NCBI RefSeq assembly: GCF_036321535.1
Contig: NC_087438.1
Span: 9,240,001 to 9,304,000, forward strand
DNA from: Camelus dromedarius
Lineage: Eukaryota
Length of the DNA: 64,000 nt
Reading direction: 5' to 3'
Under the pieces are notes generated by a model. That model was not told the origin of the DNA and did no database searches. It saw only the letters and a program-made list of their open reading frames with translations. This document shows positions 14,141-27,192 of the stretch, one piece after another. The translations under genes were made by a program, and so were the position numbers. Each line of letters begins with the position of its first letter. Positions within the stretch are counted from its first letter, which is position 1.

Positions 14141-14817
14141 CTGTTAGGTAGAATTCTAACACCAACTCCCTCCCCCACCCCCACCCCCACCCCCACCCCT
14201 ATCCCTCCGTCACCCAAGATTTTGTCCCCTAAACCCTAGGGCTGTGCATATGATGAGATAGAACATCCTAATTATGCTGTGTTAAAGGTAGGGGGGATTT
14301 TTCAGATGCAATTATGGTTACTAATCAATTGATTTTGACTTAATCAAAAGAGAGATTTACGTGGTTGGTGACATGGATACTGCTTTAAATGGATATTATC
14401 CAATCTCCAATTGCATATAAACTCTTTAAAAACAGAGAGAATTCTCTGGCTCGTGGCAGAAGGTGAAGCTGGAGACATTTGAAAATTGGGAAGGATTTGA
14501 TGTGACATCGCTGGCTTGAAGGAGGGAGGAATGTAATGAGGAATATGCATGGCTTCTAGAAACTGAGAGAGGACTTTGACTGACAGCCAGCAGGGAAAGA
14601 AGGACCTCCATCCAATGGTTATTGCAATTGAATTTGACCAACAACTAGAATGAGCGTGAGAGTGGATTGACCTTGACTTCAGCTACGTGCGGCCATAACA
14701 GAAATCCAGTTTAATCCTGTCTCAACTTTTGCTTTTCAGAACTATGAGATAATTAGTAGGGATTGTTTTAAGCTGCCTGGTCGTGATGATTTTCCATGCA
14801 GCAATTGAAAACAGCTA
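14141..14817 (+). mobile_element. MLT1D/E-type solo LTR
   Basis: TG start, gctggcttgaagg, cagccagcaggg, ttgttttaagc; the terminal gaaaac..aca is split by the SINE. Confidence 0.8.
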
Positions 14818-14818
14818 T

Positions 14819-14930
14819 GGGGAGAGGAGGGTATAGCTCAGTGGTGGAGCATATGCTTAGCATGCACGAGGTCCTGTGTTCAATCCCCAGTATCTCCATT
14901 AAAAAAAAATAAATAAAATAAAAAAAGAAA
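14819..14930 (+). mobile_element. tRNA-derived SINE, Vic-1-like (camelid)
   Basis: A box tagctcagtgg, B-box-like tgttcaatcc, A-rich tail; imperfect TSD gaaaacagcta (14807-14817) / gaaaactacta (14931-14941). Confidence 0.85.
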
Positions 14931-15554
14931 GAAAACTACTAACAGCTCTGAGAGCACAAGTTAGACAGTTTTACTGTCTTTAGAACCAAGTATGATTTCA
15001 TTGCAGATAGGAATTTTTAGCTGTCTTAGATAGGCAGCATTTCCTCAGCTTTGAAAAATCTTATCAATAAGTTGGGTAGATGATCAAAGGCAAGAGGCAA
15101 AATGACTATAGTGCATTCAGGAGTCATGCACTTATGTAATGCCACAAGAATGCCTAGGGTTTAATGGCAGGTGAGACCTCTAAGATTGGCTGAGAACACT
15201 TTGCGAAGACACTCAAACAGCATGCTAATGAACTTTGACCTCTCAACAATAAAAATTCACGGAAAGCTTTAATTGCTTGTTTTGTAGAGGAGTGGCATAG
15301 TTTCTGTTTGAGAAAATTACCACCAGTAAAAAAGCTAGGATTGAAAAAATAAATGTTGTCATTTTAGACTATGTAATATGATCTAGAGATTACCAGCCAT
15401 AATCGGATATATATAGACACTATAAATATTTTAGGAGTTTTTATAGACCTGTATATTTATTTGATTTCATTTCTCTGGACTTTGATGTTTTTGGGTGCAA
15501 TTAGTGTGCAGCCTCGAGAAAATTAAAATTAAAGTATGTGTGCATATAAGTTTT

Positions 15555-15995
15555 TTTATTATTTTTGCAACAGAAAATAGGTACACTAAATTGAATGGCA
15601 TAAACAATAGGATGCATTAATGGTCATTCGTCTATGAGTCAGCTGGAGACATCTTTGGGTCTTAATGGGGCTCACTCATGCATCTACTTGCAGCTGTGGA
15701 TGAGAATCTAAGCTGACAATGGCTGGGCTGTCTCAGTTTGGCTGTAGGCTATTAGACAGCCCCAGCTTGGGGAGCTGAGCTCTCCTTCAAGCTGTCTCTT
15801 ATTCTCCTACAAGCTCTGCCTGTCTCATTGTGAAAGCTAGCTTCATAAATGACAGAACATCACTACTTCCATGTTCTATTGGAAGAAATAAGTCACAAGT
15901 TTAGCCCATGTTAAAGCCCTTGGAAAACTGATTTCACTGCTTGATGACAAGTGAGCCAAGTCATAAGGCAATGATTGTAGATACAGGAAAGAATA
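15555..15995 (-). mobile_element. MLT1H-like LTR
   Basis: gggctcactcatgcatct, catcactacttccatgttctattgg...aagtcacaag motifs in antisense. Confidence 0.65.
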
Positions 15996-16435
15996 ATGGT
16001 TCGGTCTCCATCATTCCATTACTGTATGTTTTCACTTCTTCAAGAAAACCTCCACCCATTGGTTGTAAAGTCATAAAATCAAATGCTTTCAGGATCAAGT
16101 GAATGATGTAAGATATGAAGATACCTGAACAATAGGGACATATTGTGTTTGGTAAACTGGGAAAGGGATGATAATTGCAAAGATAATTTCAAAAGCAATT
16201 TTGAAAAGCAGTGTTCTAGGAAAACATCTTTCAAGGAAAAACTCAGCCTTTGGTTATATTATCTTTTATTAATGAAAGGTCAATTTTATTATAGAATATT
16301 AATTTGAATGATATGCATTTCTGATTTCAATACTTAATAGTTTTCTTTGTAATATTTCCCTCTACTATACCATAACTTTTCAGTGAAATAATTCATTTTA
16401 CTTTCTCTCAGGGCAAGGGCACGCTTTACCCTGAC

Positions 16436-16738
16436 CTGCTTGTTCATTGTTTCCAGTTTCATGATGCGTTGCAAAACAAACTCTTCAAGTATAGAAATAT
16501 TAGCTCATTTCTTTTCAGGAATAATTTCAGAAGCATCAATATCAACATATTTCAAGATGTTTATCAATCATTGTCTTTTTTGACTTCATTTTTTGTTACC
16601 GAAGGAAGTTTTTGCCATTCTAATGCTGGCTAGTTTGAATCAGAATTGCAAAACAAAGTGCTCAGGATACTTATTAATAATAATGTTGATCACATTTCAC
16701 CTGAGAACAGTCCCATAATAGCTGATAATTCCATAAAC
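16436..16738 (-). pseudogene. Candidate pseudo-exon (303 bp)
   Basis: Acceptor ttttattacttag|, donor CAG|GTCAGG. With one inferred 1-bp deletion reads xFMELSAIMGLFSGEM*STLLLISILSTLFCNSDSN*PALEWQKLPSVTKNEVKKDND/LINILKYVDIDASEIIPEKK*ANISILEEFVLQRIMKLETMNKQ, ending phase 0. Confidence 0.55.
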
Positions 16739-16804
16739 CTAAGTAATAAAATGTTTTGGTTGCAATAGTGGTTTACAAGGAAATTTCTTTTTAACACGTA
16801 TCTA

Positions 16805-17550
16805 GGTGAGTTTGACGTAGTGTCGCTTGCTGATTTTTGCTTTTGTTGTTTATGCTTTTAGTGTTACATCCCAAGCCCCCCAAGAACGTCATTGTCAAGG
16901 CCAGTGTCCAGGAGATTCTCCCTTATGTTTTCTTCTAGTTTTCTAGTGTCAGGTGAATGTTATGTTTTAGTCTTTGATCCAGTTTGTGTTAATTTTTTCT
17001 GAGTGGTGTAAGATAGTGGCTTGATTTTGTTTACCTGCATATGTTTATGCCATTTTCCCAACACCATTTGTTGAAGAGACTATCATTTTCTCATTGCGTG
17101 TCCTAGGCTCCCATGTTGGACATTAGTTGACCATATACATGGATGCTAAATTCTGGGTTCTCTATTCTGCTTCATTTTCTCATGTGTCTATTTTTATGCC
17201 AGTGCCACACTGTTTTAATTACTGTGCCTTTGTAATATAGCTTGCAACCAGGAAGTGTAATGCCTCCAGCTTTCTATTCTTTCTCAGAATGGCTTTGGCT
17301 TTTCAGGATTTTGTGCTTCCATACAAATTTTAAGAATATAGGTTACAATACTGTATTATAATCATAAGACTGGTTAAGAGACTAGATTTTAATTATTTCC
17401 ACCACAAAAAGAAATGATAATTATGTGACATGATAGAGGAGCTAATGCTGCAATGGCAATCATATATAAACATACCAAATCAAGATTTCGTACATCTTAA
17501 ATTTGTACAATGGTATATATAAAATATATTTCAATTAAAAATAAAAATAA
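16805..17550 (+). mobile_element. L1 3'UTR (17338-17550) preceded by antisense ORF2 segment (16805-17337)
   Basis: Antisense ORF2 (caacaccatttgttgaagagact; atgcctccagcttt) abuts a sense L1MA9-like 3'UTR with A tail; probable 5' inversion, no TSD seen. Confidence 0.75.
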
Positions 17551-17870
17551 TAGGTACCAAGTTGAAATAAACTATATTATGCCTTTTTACTACAAAAGTT
17601 GTATAAACTAACATTAGCAGATGACTTCCAGGGACTCTAGCCAACAAAGAATGTAGCAAGTCCACATGAGGCAATGTGGACCATGTAACACATGGGAAAA
17701 CATTAGCTTTATATTGACATGTCCCAAAACTATTTGATTTATCTTCAAAACTCTAATAAATCTGTTTTTGAGGCTCTCTTTGAAATTGAAACTGAAGTAT
17801 TGACATTAACACTCAGGAAATTATAGTGAGACCTTGAATAAAGCATTTCCCTCGTTGCAAATGAACTTAC

Positions 17871-18013
17871 ATATCACTTATTAATAGATTCTTCTCCCTC
17901 ACTGTGCATGCTACTCTATTGATCAATTAATTTTAAAAGTGAGATGTTTAAATAAGAATTTTCTTATTACAAGTCTGAGCCTTGGCTATTGCAAAGTGTA
18001 GAAATGACTCCAT
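17871..18013 (-). pseudogene. Candidate pseudo-exon (143 bp)
   Basis: Acceptor tttttcactcttag|, donor TAT|GTAAGT; starts MESFLHFAIAKAQTCNKKILI but has three TAA mid-exon, so support is mainly the splice signals. Confidence 0.4.
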
Positions 18014-20516
18014 CTAAGAGTGAAAAATTCAAGGATGCCTATGTAATCAAATCTGAAGATTCTTGACTTAGCATTATCATTATTTCAAATATTTCTATGA
18101 GTACTTTAAAATAATTTCTGTAATTCTTTATTATATCATTTTGATCAGTGTCTTTAAAATATAGTTACCTAGACCATTTCAAATGGTAAAGAATTAACAT
18201 TTAGTTTCACATTTCCAATCCCTCAGTTTCTTTTGAGGGGAGGAACAAAATCCAATTTTCTACAGTTTCCACCTTGCAGTTTTTCCAGTGCTTGGGAGAA
18301 ACTATGTTGGTACATTAGGAAAAAAGAGCATACATTCTTTTCATTTCTTCTCCTAAATCAGACTGAGGATTGCTTCCCATTGTATAATTCAAAATGATTT
18401 GGAATGAAAAGCAAATGTCCCATCATGATAAATTTATTTTTATTAATAACCCACTCATTAAATATACTGCTTAAATTTATTTTTGCTACAGAATATGCTT
18501 TGATTTCTCTAGACCTGTGCCAAGTTACTAATAAATTGTCACTACATCTGCTGTTCCAGTGTCATTCCTCCCACTTGCAAACTTCAAGATCTTAACTATC
18601 AATACACTAAAAGTATAATGCTGTTTTAACGTCAGTAGTGCTAAGTGGGGTCATGTTCAGTGGCCCCTCTGATCATAGCACCTTCTGTTCAGTGCACATA
18701 CTTAGTAATGTTCAAACACTAAGTGTTGTAATAGGAAAGGTCTTCCTAGGAAACGATAGTATAAAAGACAAACCCATAACACTTAGCATAGCTGCTAATT
18801 ACTACCCTTGTTACATTAATCATACATAACATTGCACTAGAATCAGAAAATCAGAGAGTATTAGAGAGGAAACATGTGTGAGATCATCTGCATCAATCCA
18901 GTAATGTTACAGAAACTGAGGACCAGACATGAGAAGGGACTAGTCAAAGGGGACAAAGATGAGAACATGAGTATCAGTTAAGCCAAAACTGTTTTTCACA
19001 AAGTCATTTATGAGTCCAGATGATTTTAAATATTTATCTCCACTTTTTTTTTCCATTAACCTACAAACAAAATTATATCATAAGACCTTTGGAAATTTCA
19101 ACGGTAATTGTGATATGCTCTGTGAAATATGAGCTTGTGATATTCCTGATAATGTGTAGTATTTTAAATAAGGTGGTTTTTATTGATATTTATTTTATTT
19201 TTGTTGATGTTGAATTGATGTTTTGTTCTGAGATACACAGATCTAAACAGTGTATTGTCTCCTATGGTAAGCAACCTGCTGCTGATGCAAGAATTCCGTC
19301 CTAAGCAAAGACATGACGGATTGAAACTCATTGTCAATTGTTTGGCAGCTGCATAGGGCATAACTCACAACTCCTATTTACACGTATAGGAAGGAGATGA
19401 GAGAATTTGAAAAACTGTCTAGATTTATTGTTTGCCATGTGCATGAAAATTGTTTGATTTATTTGGCACATAGCAAAATCATTATGTTTTTCAACATTAT
19501 ATTCTTCCCTATGGTGCCCATTTTATAAAAGTTTATCTTTACTATATTGGAGATAGAGGATTTTATACAAAATCACACCCTGCGATAAGCACTGTCTTGT
19601 ATTCATGTCCATAAGCAAATGTTTTATATTTCTTTTTGTTATATGGAAACATAAATTCTAAGACATTAATTTGAAAGTGTCTAGCTGATTAGCAAAGTTG
19701 AGTCTACACTATTTGTCTTTCATTGAGAATGTTGTCAAGTTAAAATATTTAAGTAATTCATAAAGTAGGTTCTGTTTAAATGTAGTTTCTACTTTTTTCT
19801 TGCAGCTTACTGCCTAAGGACAGCAAACAGTTCACTAGTGTTACATGCTACAAATCCAAGCTACATAAATAACCCTGAATATGGGACAGGTACAGCAAAG
19901 GGACATTGGGTGCAACACTCTTATTTTCAAGACTGTAGCATGTACAGTTCACTTTGGGAATAACCCACATCACTAGTTTTATACATAGCCATCAATGCTT
20001 ATGAAGGGAAGGCCTCGTATTTCTAGACAGACACTAAGAAGTTACAAGTCCATTTAATCTATTGTCACTAATCATTATAACTCTTTTCTCTATATTCCAC
20101 CCAAGAATTTAAGAGCTATTAATGAAGTAATGGGACCTGTAAGATAATCATCACAGAAATATGAGGAGACTCTAGAAACCCTCCTAGGACCAGATGGAAG
20201 AGAAAACAGAGGAGGAACAGTTTTATCTAGGAAGGTGTCTTAGGGATGTCTTCCAAAGCCAGAGAAAACTTTATGTATGAGGACAGTTCCAAGAATTCCC
20301 AGCTCATTTGCTCTAGGACCTAGGGAGAACCTAGCCACACGATTCACTTCGCTCTGACACGAAATTCCATTCACCAGCTTGATTTACTAAAATAATCTTT
20401 TAGGGAAGAAGATTAAGCAACCTTGGTTGAGCTTTGGATGAAATCCATAACAACTGTTTATATAGTCAACACAACTTTTCATCCAAAAATATCAACACCC
20501 AACAACTAGTATCAAG

Positions 20517-20557
<41 letters not shown>

Positions 20558-20749
20558 GCCTCCACAATATTCTAATAAATATATCCAGATTCAAGAAAGT
20601 GTGCACCTTAAAAATACAGAATTGTAGCTCATATAAAAAAGAAAAACAAGAGTTTATAAAATACAAAGTAATCTTTTACCATATTTGCAACCCAGTAACA
20701 GTTCTAAACTTAGAGAACAAAGCAAATGAAGGAGAGGAATTCTGGTGTT

Positions 20750-20945
20750 ACTGAGCACTATAAATAAAAGAAGATTCATACCAAGATACATCCTGGTAGA
20801 ATTTTGAACAGTTATAGTAAAGAAAAAAATCCTAAAAGCTTCCAGGGTAGAGGCTACTACCGTGAGAGATAAATTTCTAAACTGCTTACTTTTAGATGGC
20901 ATTTGAAGCCTTGACACTGGGTAAGATCATCTAGAGATGCTGCAG
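20750..20945 (+). mobile_element. L1M/HAL1 ORF1 fragment
   Basis: Encodes PRYILVEF...KEKILKASR-like L1 ORF1 motif; a (CA)n tract lies at 20518-20553. Confidence 0.6.
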
Positions 20946-21529
20946 ACAAGGAAGAACAGAGTCTGTGTTTGACAGCGCTAGGGAACTCCAAAATTCAGAG
21001 GTTGAAAATATAAATTATATAGAACAAGCCATATAGGAGAGCTGATAAGTAACACAGAAAGTAAAACCAAGATTTTACATTCAGTTTGTGTGTGTGTAGT
21101 GAATAAGCAAATAAAGAATGATACATAGGTATAGAAGATATAAAGTATATCTTTATATGTATGTATGTATATATTACTGCTAAAGAGTCCATTAATATGG
21201 AGACAAAGAATGGACAACTGGACAAGACTAAAAACTACTTTTACTAGACTAATGGGGATTCCATCGCATCCTGATTAGATTAATATCAAAAAGGAAAGAG
21301 AGTTGAGCAAATCACTGTGAACTAATTTTCTTCTGTTTTCCTATACTATGAACCTCTCATTTTCAAATAGTTCAGTTATTTTATTCCTGTATTTCCAATA
21401 ATTATAGATTTTTCCTCCCATTGCTTAATTACATTCACTAGAACTTCCAGAAATACACACAAAAATTTGTGAAATTTATAATCCGAAGATTATTTCCAGT
21501 GGTTCCTTGGCATAGCTGTGGCTTTTTAT

Positions 21530-22320
21530 ATGTTCCCCATATTCCCCCCTAATCTCAGCCTCTGCTGGGGATAGGTTGGGGCCATCCAACTATTTCTGGC
21601 TCATGAACGGAACAGATTTGAAACCTGCCACTTCTAGGTAGAAGGAGTTAAAAGCCAGTTTCTCTTCCATCCCTCTCTTTCCCTGCCACCGAAACCTTAG
21701 AACCCATGTTTTGAAATGACTGCACCACAATGTAGAAGGAGTGTAGGTCCCTTAATCACCATTTGAAGGAGTGTTTCACAATAGATAACAAAGCAAGCTC
21801 CAACTCTTTGCTGTCTACAGAGACACCGAAAGACACAGATACGTTGAACACAAATGATGGAATACTGTTGCGTCCATTTTCTATTGCTGTGCAACAAATT
21901 CCTACAAACATTGCATTTTGTTGTTGTTGTTGTTTTTGCAAAACACTTATCATCCCACAGTTTTGTGGGCCAGAAGTTCGGGCACAGCTTAGCTGGGGTT
22001 TTTGCCTTGTGTCTCACAAAGCTGGGCTCATGTCATCCACAGAAGTGAGCTCTAGTGGAGAACTTGCTTCCCCAATAGCCCAGTTGTTGGTACCATTGTT
22101 TCCTTTCAGTTGTAGGATTCGGGGCAGTGTTCTTCTCCAAAGCCAGGAAGTGGGGGAAATGAGATGCAAGATGGGTGCTACACAATAAATCAAGTGCACG
22201 CAGTCGCACTCACCCCATCACCTGGGCTGCCTTCTGTTGGTAAGAAGCAAGTGAGAGGTTCTGCCTGTATCAAGGGAAGAGACTTTCATGAGCATAGATA
22301 TTTCAAGTCTGTCTGCCACA
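21530..22320. mobile_element. Two adjacent MLT1 LTRs (MLT1I/J-like, plus, ~21530-21830; MLT1F/G-like, minus, ~21865-22320)
   Basis: tgccacttctagg / ctctttccctgccac motifs, then tattgctgtgcaacaaat...gtctgtctgccaca. Confidence 0.7.
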
Positions 22321-22324
22321 AACA

Positions 22325-23295
22325 TATAGCCTAAAATCTGTAACCATAATAAGGCTGGGTTGGCTATGCTAATATCAGATAAAGTAGGTTTCCAAAGAAA
22401 ACATATTACCAGAGATAAAAAGTTACCGGGGTGAATTACTCAGGATGACATAAAAACCATTGCGTATGTGCTTAATAATAAGACTTCTAAATAACTGACA
22501 TAACATTTAACAAAATTAAAGGGAGAAACTAGAAATTTCCATTAATTCAATTGGAGAATTTTTTAACATACTTCTAAGCAATTACAAGAACCAGTAGTAA
22601 AAAAATCAGTGAAATCACAGAAAACACAAATAACATTATCAACCAACTGACCTAATTGGCATTTACAGAATGTTACATCAGACAATGCAGAATGGACATT
22701 AGTTCCAAGTGCACATGGTGCATTTACCAAGATAGACTTCATGTCTATCGTGCCCAAAATAAGTGTCAATAAGGTAAAAGAAATTATATCGTACAGAGTA
22801 TTTCATACTCTCACCAAAATTAAATTTATTTTAAAGTAAATAGCAATAAAATAGCTAAGCAAACCTCAAATCTAGTCTAAAAAAACAAGCACTTCTAAAA
22901 ATGTGTGTTAAGGAAAAATTCACAAGATAATATTTGAAAGGATTATGATATAATTAAATATATAATATAATAACTATACAGAATGATAATAAAAATCAGC
23001 GTAACAAATATTGTGGGATTCAGCTAAGATAGTACTTGTATGAAATTTGTAGTTTGAAGTGTTTCTATGGGAAAGAAGAAATGTCCAAAATCCCTAAGAT
23101 CCAAAACCTTGATGGAGCTAGAGAAGTATGAACAAAATACCTTCAGAATGAACATAAGAAAATAGACAATTAAGAGCAAGGATCAGTGAAATAAAAAAGA
23201 TTGAATTTTGATTAAAAATTAATAAGCTAAAAAGTTGATGTTTTGAGATTGATAGAATTGATAAACCTTGAATAGACTGATTGAGAAAAAAGATC
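22325..23295 (+). mobile_element. Old L1M ORF2 endonuclease region
   Basis: gctatgctaatatcagataaagtag; caagtgcacatggtgcatttaccaagatagac. Confidence 0.85.
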
Positions 23296-24478
23296 TCTAG
23301 ACCAAGGTGTGCAAGGGGGAACATTTAAATAAAAATATGACGGTTAAGCTCCTTTGATCCTCTTCTCTCCTTAACTTTTCACAGTTGTCTGCAGGTGAGT
23401 CCCGTTTCTCTTATGACCCATCCTCTACTTAGAAGCAAATCTCCAGACTGATGACATAGGTGAGAGGCAGCTTCTCCAGAGGCGAGGTTAACACTGAGCC
23501 AAATCCCCTAGGGCAGGCCTTTAGTGTACTAACTGGAGCCAACCGATTCTAGAAAAATCTTTCCCCAGAATATAAAGAGGGCCTTAAAGTCACTTATTTT
23601 AACCTCAAAACCCTTTATAGTATTTCTGTAATATTTCTCCCAACTTCACGTAATCCTTATGCTCCTCTTTCTCTTTATATGAATTCAGTCTTTCTTAATC
23701 TTCAGCCTCTTCCCATCTACTCAATCCAAGAGAATAAACACAAAAAGCCAGTCATGGTGAGCCTGCTGAAATGAAATTTTTATTATTAGAAAGGCAAAAA
23801 GAAAAGCATGTTGACATTTAAAAAATGTATCCTCTTACGGAGAACTTACGGTATTATTATGCATACTGTTGATGAAAAATACGAATACAGCTTTGAAGAA
23901 AAGAGTTGAAATAATATGGAATTTGAAGGAAATGTAAGAAAATCAAGTTCCATAGTTGTACATGTGGCAGTTTTTACAAATTTACTTGGAAAAGTAACAA
24001 TTAAGAAAATAAAAACCCAATATCAAGACTAAACTGTGCCTCTTCCCCTTAGGCAATCTAATTTTTCAAAATAACATTAAAAAAAAATCACACAATGACA
24101 TCAGGAAAAATAGTATACAATCAATTCAACGAGGTGAAGTAATTCTAGAGAAGCTGCTGCTGGGATAAGCGTGTGAACATGAATCCTAAACTAAGGGTAG
24201 TCAGAGATAGTGAGTCTGTTGTAACCATGGTAACTTAATTTCTCCATACAAATTAGAGTGGGTTGCTTGTTGTCATGCAAATAGTGATGAAAATGCCCAT
24301 CCTTCCTGTTGGCACAGTAGGAAGTTAACATACAATTAAGTTCCATGAGAGCAGAGACTATACCCCATTCATCCTTGTATTTTTAAGCCCATGGAAGAGT
24401 TCCTAGTTTAATGAGTCTTAACTTGACCACTGAATGAACAAGGTTTCTTTCCCTGGAGACAGAAGAAGTCATTGGTTT

Positions 24479-24730
24479 TATATTAGTTTTCTACCATTAC
24501 TGTGTCACCACAGTTTTATTTATGGTCTCACAGCTCTGTGGATCAAAACTCTGACCAAGTTTTCAGAGAGCTGAAATCAAGGGGTCAGCAAGGCCGTGTT
24601 CCTTTCTGATGATCTGGGGAGGGATCTTCTTACAGGTTTTTCAAGTTATTAGCAGAATTCAGTTCAATGTGTTGGTAGCTCTCAGGTTTCCGTCTGCTTG
24701 CTGCTTGTCAGCCAGAGTTCACTCTCAAAA
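24479..24730 (-). mobile_element. MLT1D/E LTR fragment
   Basis: tattagttttcta, gctgaaatcaagg, gcagaattcagttc motifs. Confidence 0.7.
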
Positions 24731-25102
24731 TCTATAAAACCAAGCACGTGTGTGTTTACAAAAGCTGTGGCAGTTTTCTACCATATTAGATTGGATAAAT
24801 GAGAAACTAAAGTTAAGAGATCGAACATAGTATTTTTAAAAATTAGATATTTTATTCATAGAATGCTCCAAGATAAACATCGTATGTTAAGGCAGTTCAA
24901 CTCATGTTTAGTTGTGAATGCTGCAAAGAAAGTACAGACTAAAATGGAGTCCAATTGACTCATCGGAGAGAGAGTTCAACATGGAATCAAATTGGCTTCT
25001 TTTTCTCCATACTGCCGTTTTTCCTTTCCCTTGCTCATGTTGGCTGTGCATATATACTGCTTTCATTTTTTAGTAATTTTTCTAATTATTTATTTACGTT
25101 AC

Positions 25103-25213
25103 CAGTACCAGACTTTGGAAATTAATTCAGTTATACACAGACTTTTCCCTTCTTATACGACAGTATTGAAAGTTTATTCAAATACCGAATGGCACTGATT
25201 CAGTTCATTGCTA
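25103..25213 (-). pseudogene. Candidate pseudo-exon (111 bp)
   Basis: Strong acceptor cttctctttgcttcag|, donor CTG|GTAACG; phase-2 frame xSNELNQCHSVFE*TFNTVV*EGKSLCITELISKVWY. Confidence 0.45.
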
Positions 25214-25336
25214 CTGAAGCAAAGAGAAGATTGCCATCAGGTAATTTTTGATTTATAATTCATTGTCATGGTAATAAAAATAATAATAATATACATCAGG
25301 AAAATAGATACAAGTGAAGAAGCACATTTTAACTAC

Positions 25337-25530
25337 ATGCCGTGTGTCCACAATTGATTCTCCAAGAACATCATTTTGTATGGATTCATGACAATAACCA
25401 TCTGCTATAAATTTATGTGGAGAGTATTTGGGTGAATAGCGCAGCAAAGCAATTGCTCTAACATCAGACACTTCTCACAGAGATGCACCGGTGAGCACAC
25501 AGTCACAGCACACTGGCCCCATACCACGTG
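25337..25530 (-). pseudogene. Candidate pseudo-exon; donor uncertain
   Basis: Acceptor ttttattaacag|; phase-1 frame xRGMGPVCCDCVLTGASL*EVSDVRAIALLRYSPKYSPHKFIADGYCHESIQNDVLGESIVDTRH (one TGA). Confidence 0.45.
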
Positions 25531-25867
25531 CTGTTAATAAAACTGCGTTAAGTTTCACTAATAAGAATGAGACTATTTTTTACAAAATATTAAAGAAAAT
25601 TTGCTACATTTATCTAAGTGGAATAAATTTACTTGGAGTTATTATATTAAAATGTAAATGAATATGTACAGTCTTTAGCCTATTCAATTTCCTGTGTGAT
25701 CCAAAAATTATCTTACTGATTCTGTCTAATTTTACTGCAAAGAGGTAAAAATAGAGAAAAATACAATAGGATCTTCATAGTCTTAAGAAATACTAAATAA
25801 TAAAAACAAAAATAAATCATCAAAAAGCTTGCTAAATATACACAACTTTATCAATAATACTGTTATC

Positions 25868-26338
25868 TCATTGATTCCACAAGTATTATTGAGTGGTACT
25901 TTTCTGGAAATTGTATATTCAGCATCATTCCAAAGAGTGGAAATACATATTAGGGGGATCAGAACAACCAATAAACAGAATTAATAAAAATTATTGTATT
26001 AGATGATCTAAAATACTATAGAGATATTGAAAAAAAAAGTAGGAGAATGGGATATGGATTATGTTTATGTGCTTAAGAGTTGGAAGAGGGCACAATTATA
26101 AGCAGGGACCAGGGAAACCTGTGAATAAGACTTTAAGGTATAAAGGTAAGATTTGTGAAATTCTGGGAAATGAATTCTAGGAAGAGGAAGAGCAAATGTA
26201 AGTAACTAAGATGAGAGGTTGCCTATGAAGAGCAAGGAGCTATAAAAAAAAAAGCCAGTTTGTTAAAAAAGAAAAAAGAAAGAAAGAAAGAAAAAGAAAT
26301 ATCCAGTTTGGTTTGAATGGAGTAAGGAGAGAAGAGAG
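25868..26338 (-). mobile_element. L2 fragment
   Basis: Starts cattgattccacaagtattattgagt (L2 tail, antisense); attctaggaagaggaagagcaaatg motif. Confidence 0.6.
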
Positions 26339-26531
26339 CAGTGATGTGCTGGTAAATTGACAATCAAAAAAAAAAAAAAAAAAAGGAAAGGCCATAGTTT
26401 TTAGTGTTTGTCAATTTCTTGCACCATGATTGATTTCAAGTTACTGCCATGATGTTGTGAAATAAGGAGGTGGGATGAGATGCACACTGCCAGCTCTCAC
26501 AAGGCTGTACCAGTGGCCAAAGCACAACAAC
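26339..26531 (-). mobile_element. MER63-like hAT (Blackjack) non-autonomous element
   Basis: cagtgatgtgctggtaaat start, caccatgattgatttcaagttac core, degenerate agcacaacaac end. Confidence 0.7.
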
Positions 26532-27192
26532 CTAGCAGTACCCAACAGGTACAATGAGATGTGTTCAACAAAACTAGTCATTAGGGAAATGAAAATCAAA
26601 ACCACAATGAGAAACCACCTCACATCTTTCAGCATGGCTATTATCAAAAAGACAAAAGATGGCAGATTTGACGAAAAGGGAACCCTTCTAAACTACTGGT
26701 CGAATTGTGGGAAAGCATATGGAGGTTCCTTAAAAAATTAAAAAGGGAACTACCAAAGATTCAAGAATCCCTCTTCTTGATACATAAACAAAGGAAATGA
26801 AATCAGTACTTCAAAGAGATATCTTCAGTTTTATGTTCATTACAACATAATTTTTAATAACCAAGATATGAAAACAATCAAAGTGTCTTGGACAGATGAA
26901 TGGATAAAGAAGTTATGGTATATATAAAGAGAGAGATCTAATGCACAATCTAGTGAACACAGATAATATTATTTTGTTATAATCATCAAAATTGCTAACA
27001 GACTAGAACTTAATTATTCCAACTACTAAAAAGATATGATAATTACATACTGTGATAGAAGGGCTAATTACAACTACAATGGCAATCATGTTATAATTTA
27101 TAAATGTACCAAATTAACATGTTGTACACATTAAATTTACACAATGTCATCTGTCAAATACATTTCAATAAAAAATTAAAAAAATTAAAAAA
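26532..27192 (+). mobile_element. L1 (L1MA9/L1_Art-like) ORF2 end and 3'UTR with internal deletion
   Basis: REMKIKTTMRNHLT motif in ORF 26475..26741; 3'UTR and A tail. Confidence 0.85.

Noticed and set aside
14819..14900. Functional tRNA gene
   Set aside because: Has an A-rich tail and TSD and lacks a clean acceptor stem and anticodon; it is a SINE.
16436..16738. Selenoprotein or TGA-recoded ORF (the phase-0 frame has five stops, all TGA)
   Set aside because: No SECIS seen, other exons carry TAA/TAG, frameshifts and an L1; pseudogene decay is simpler.
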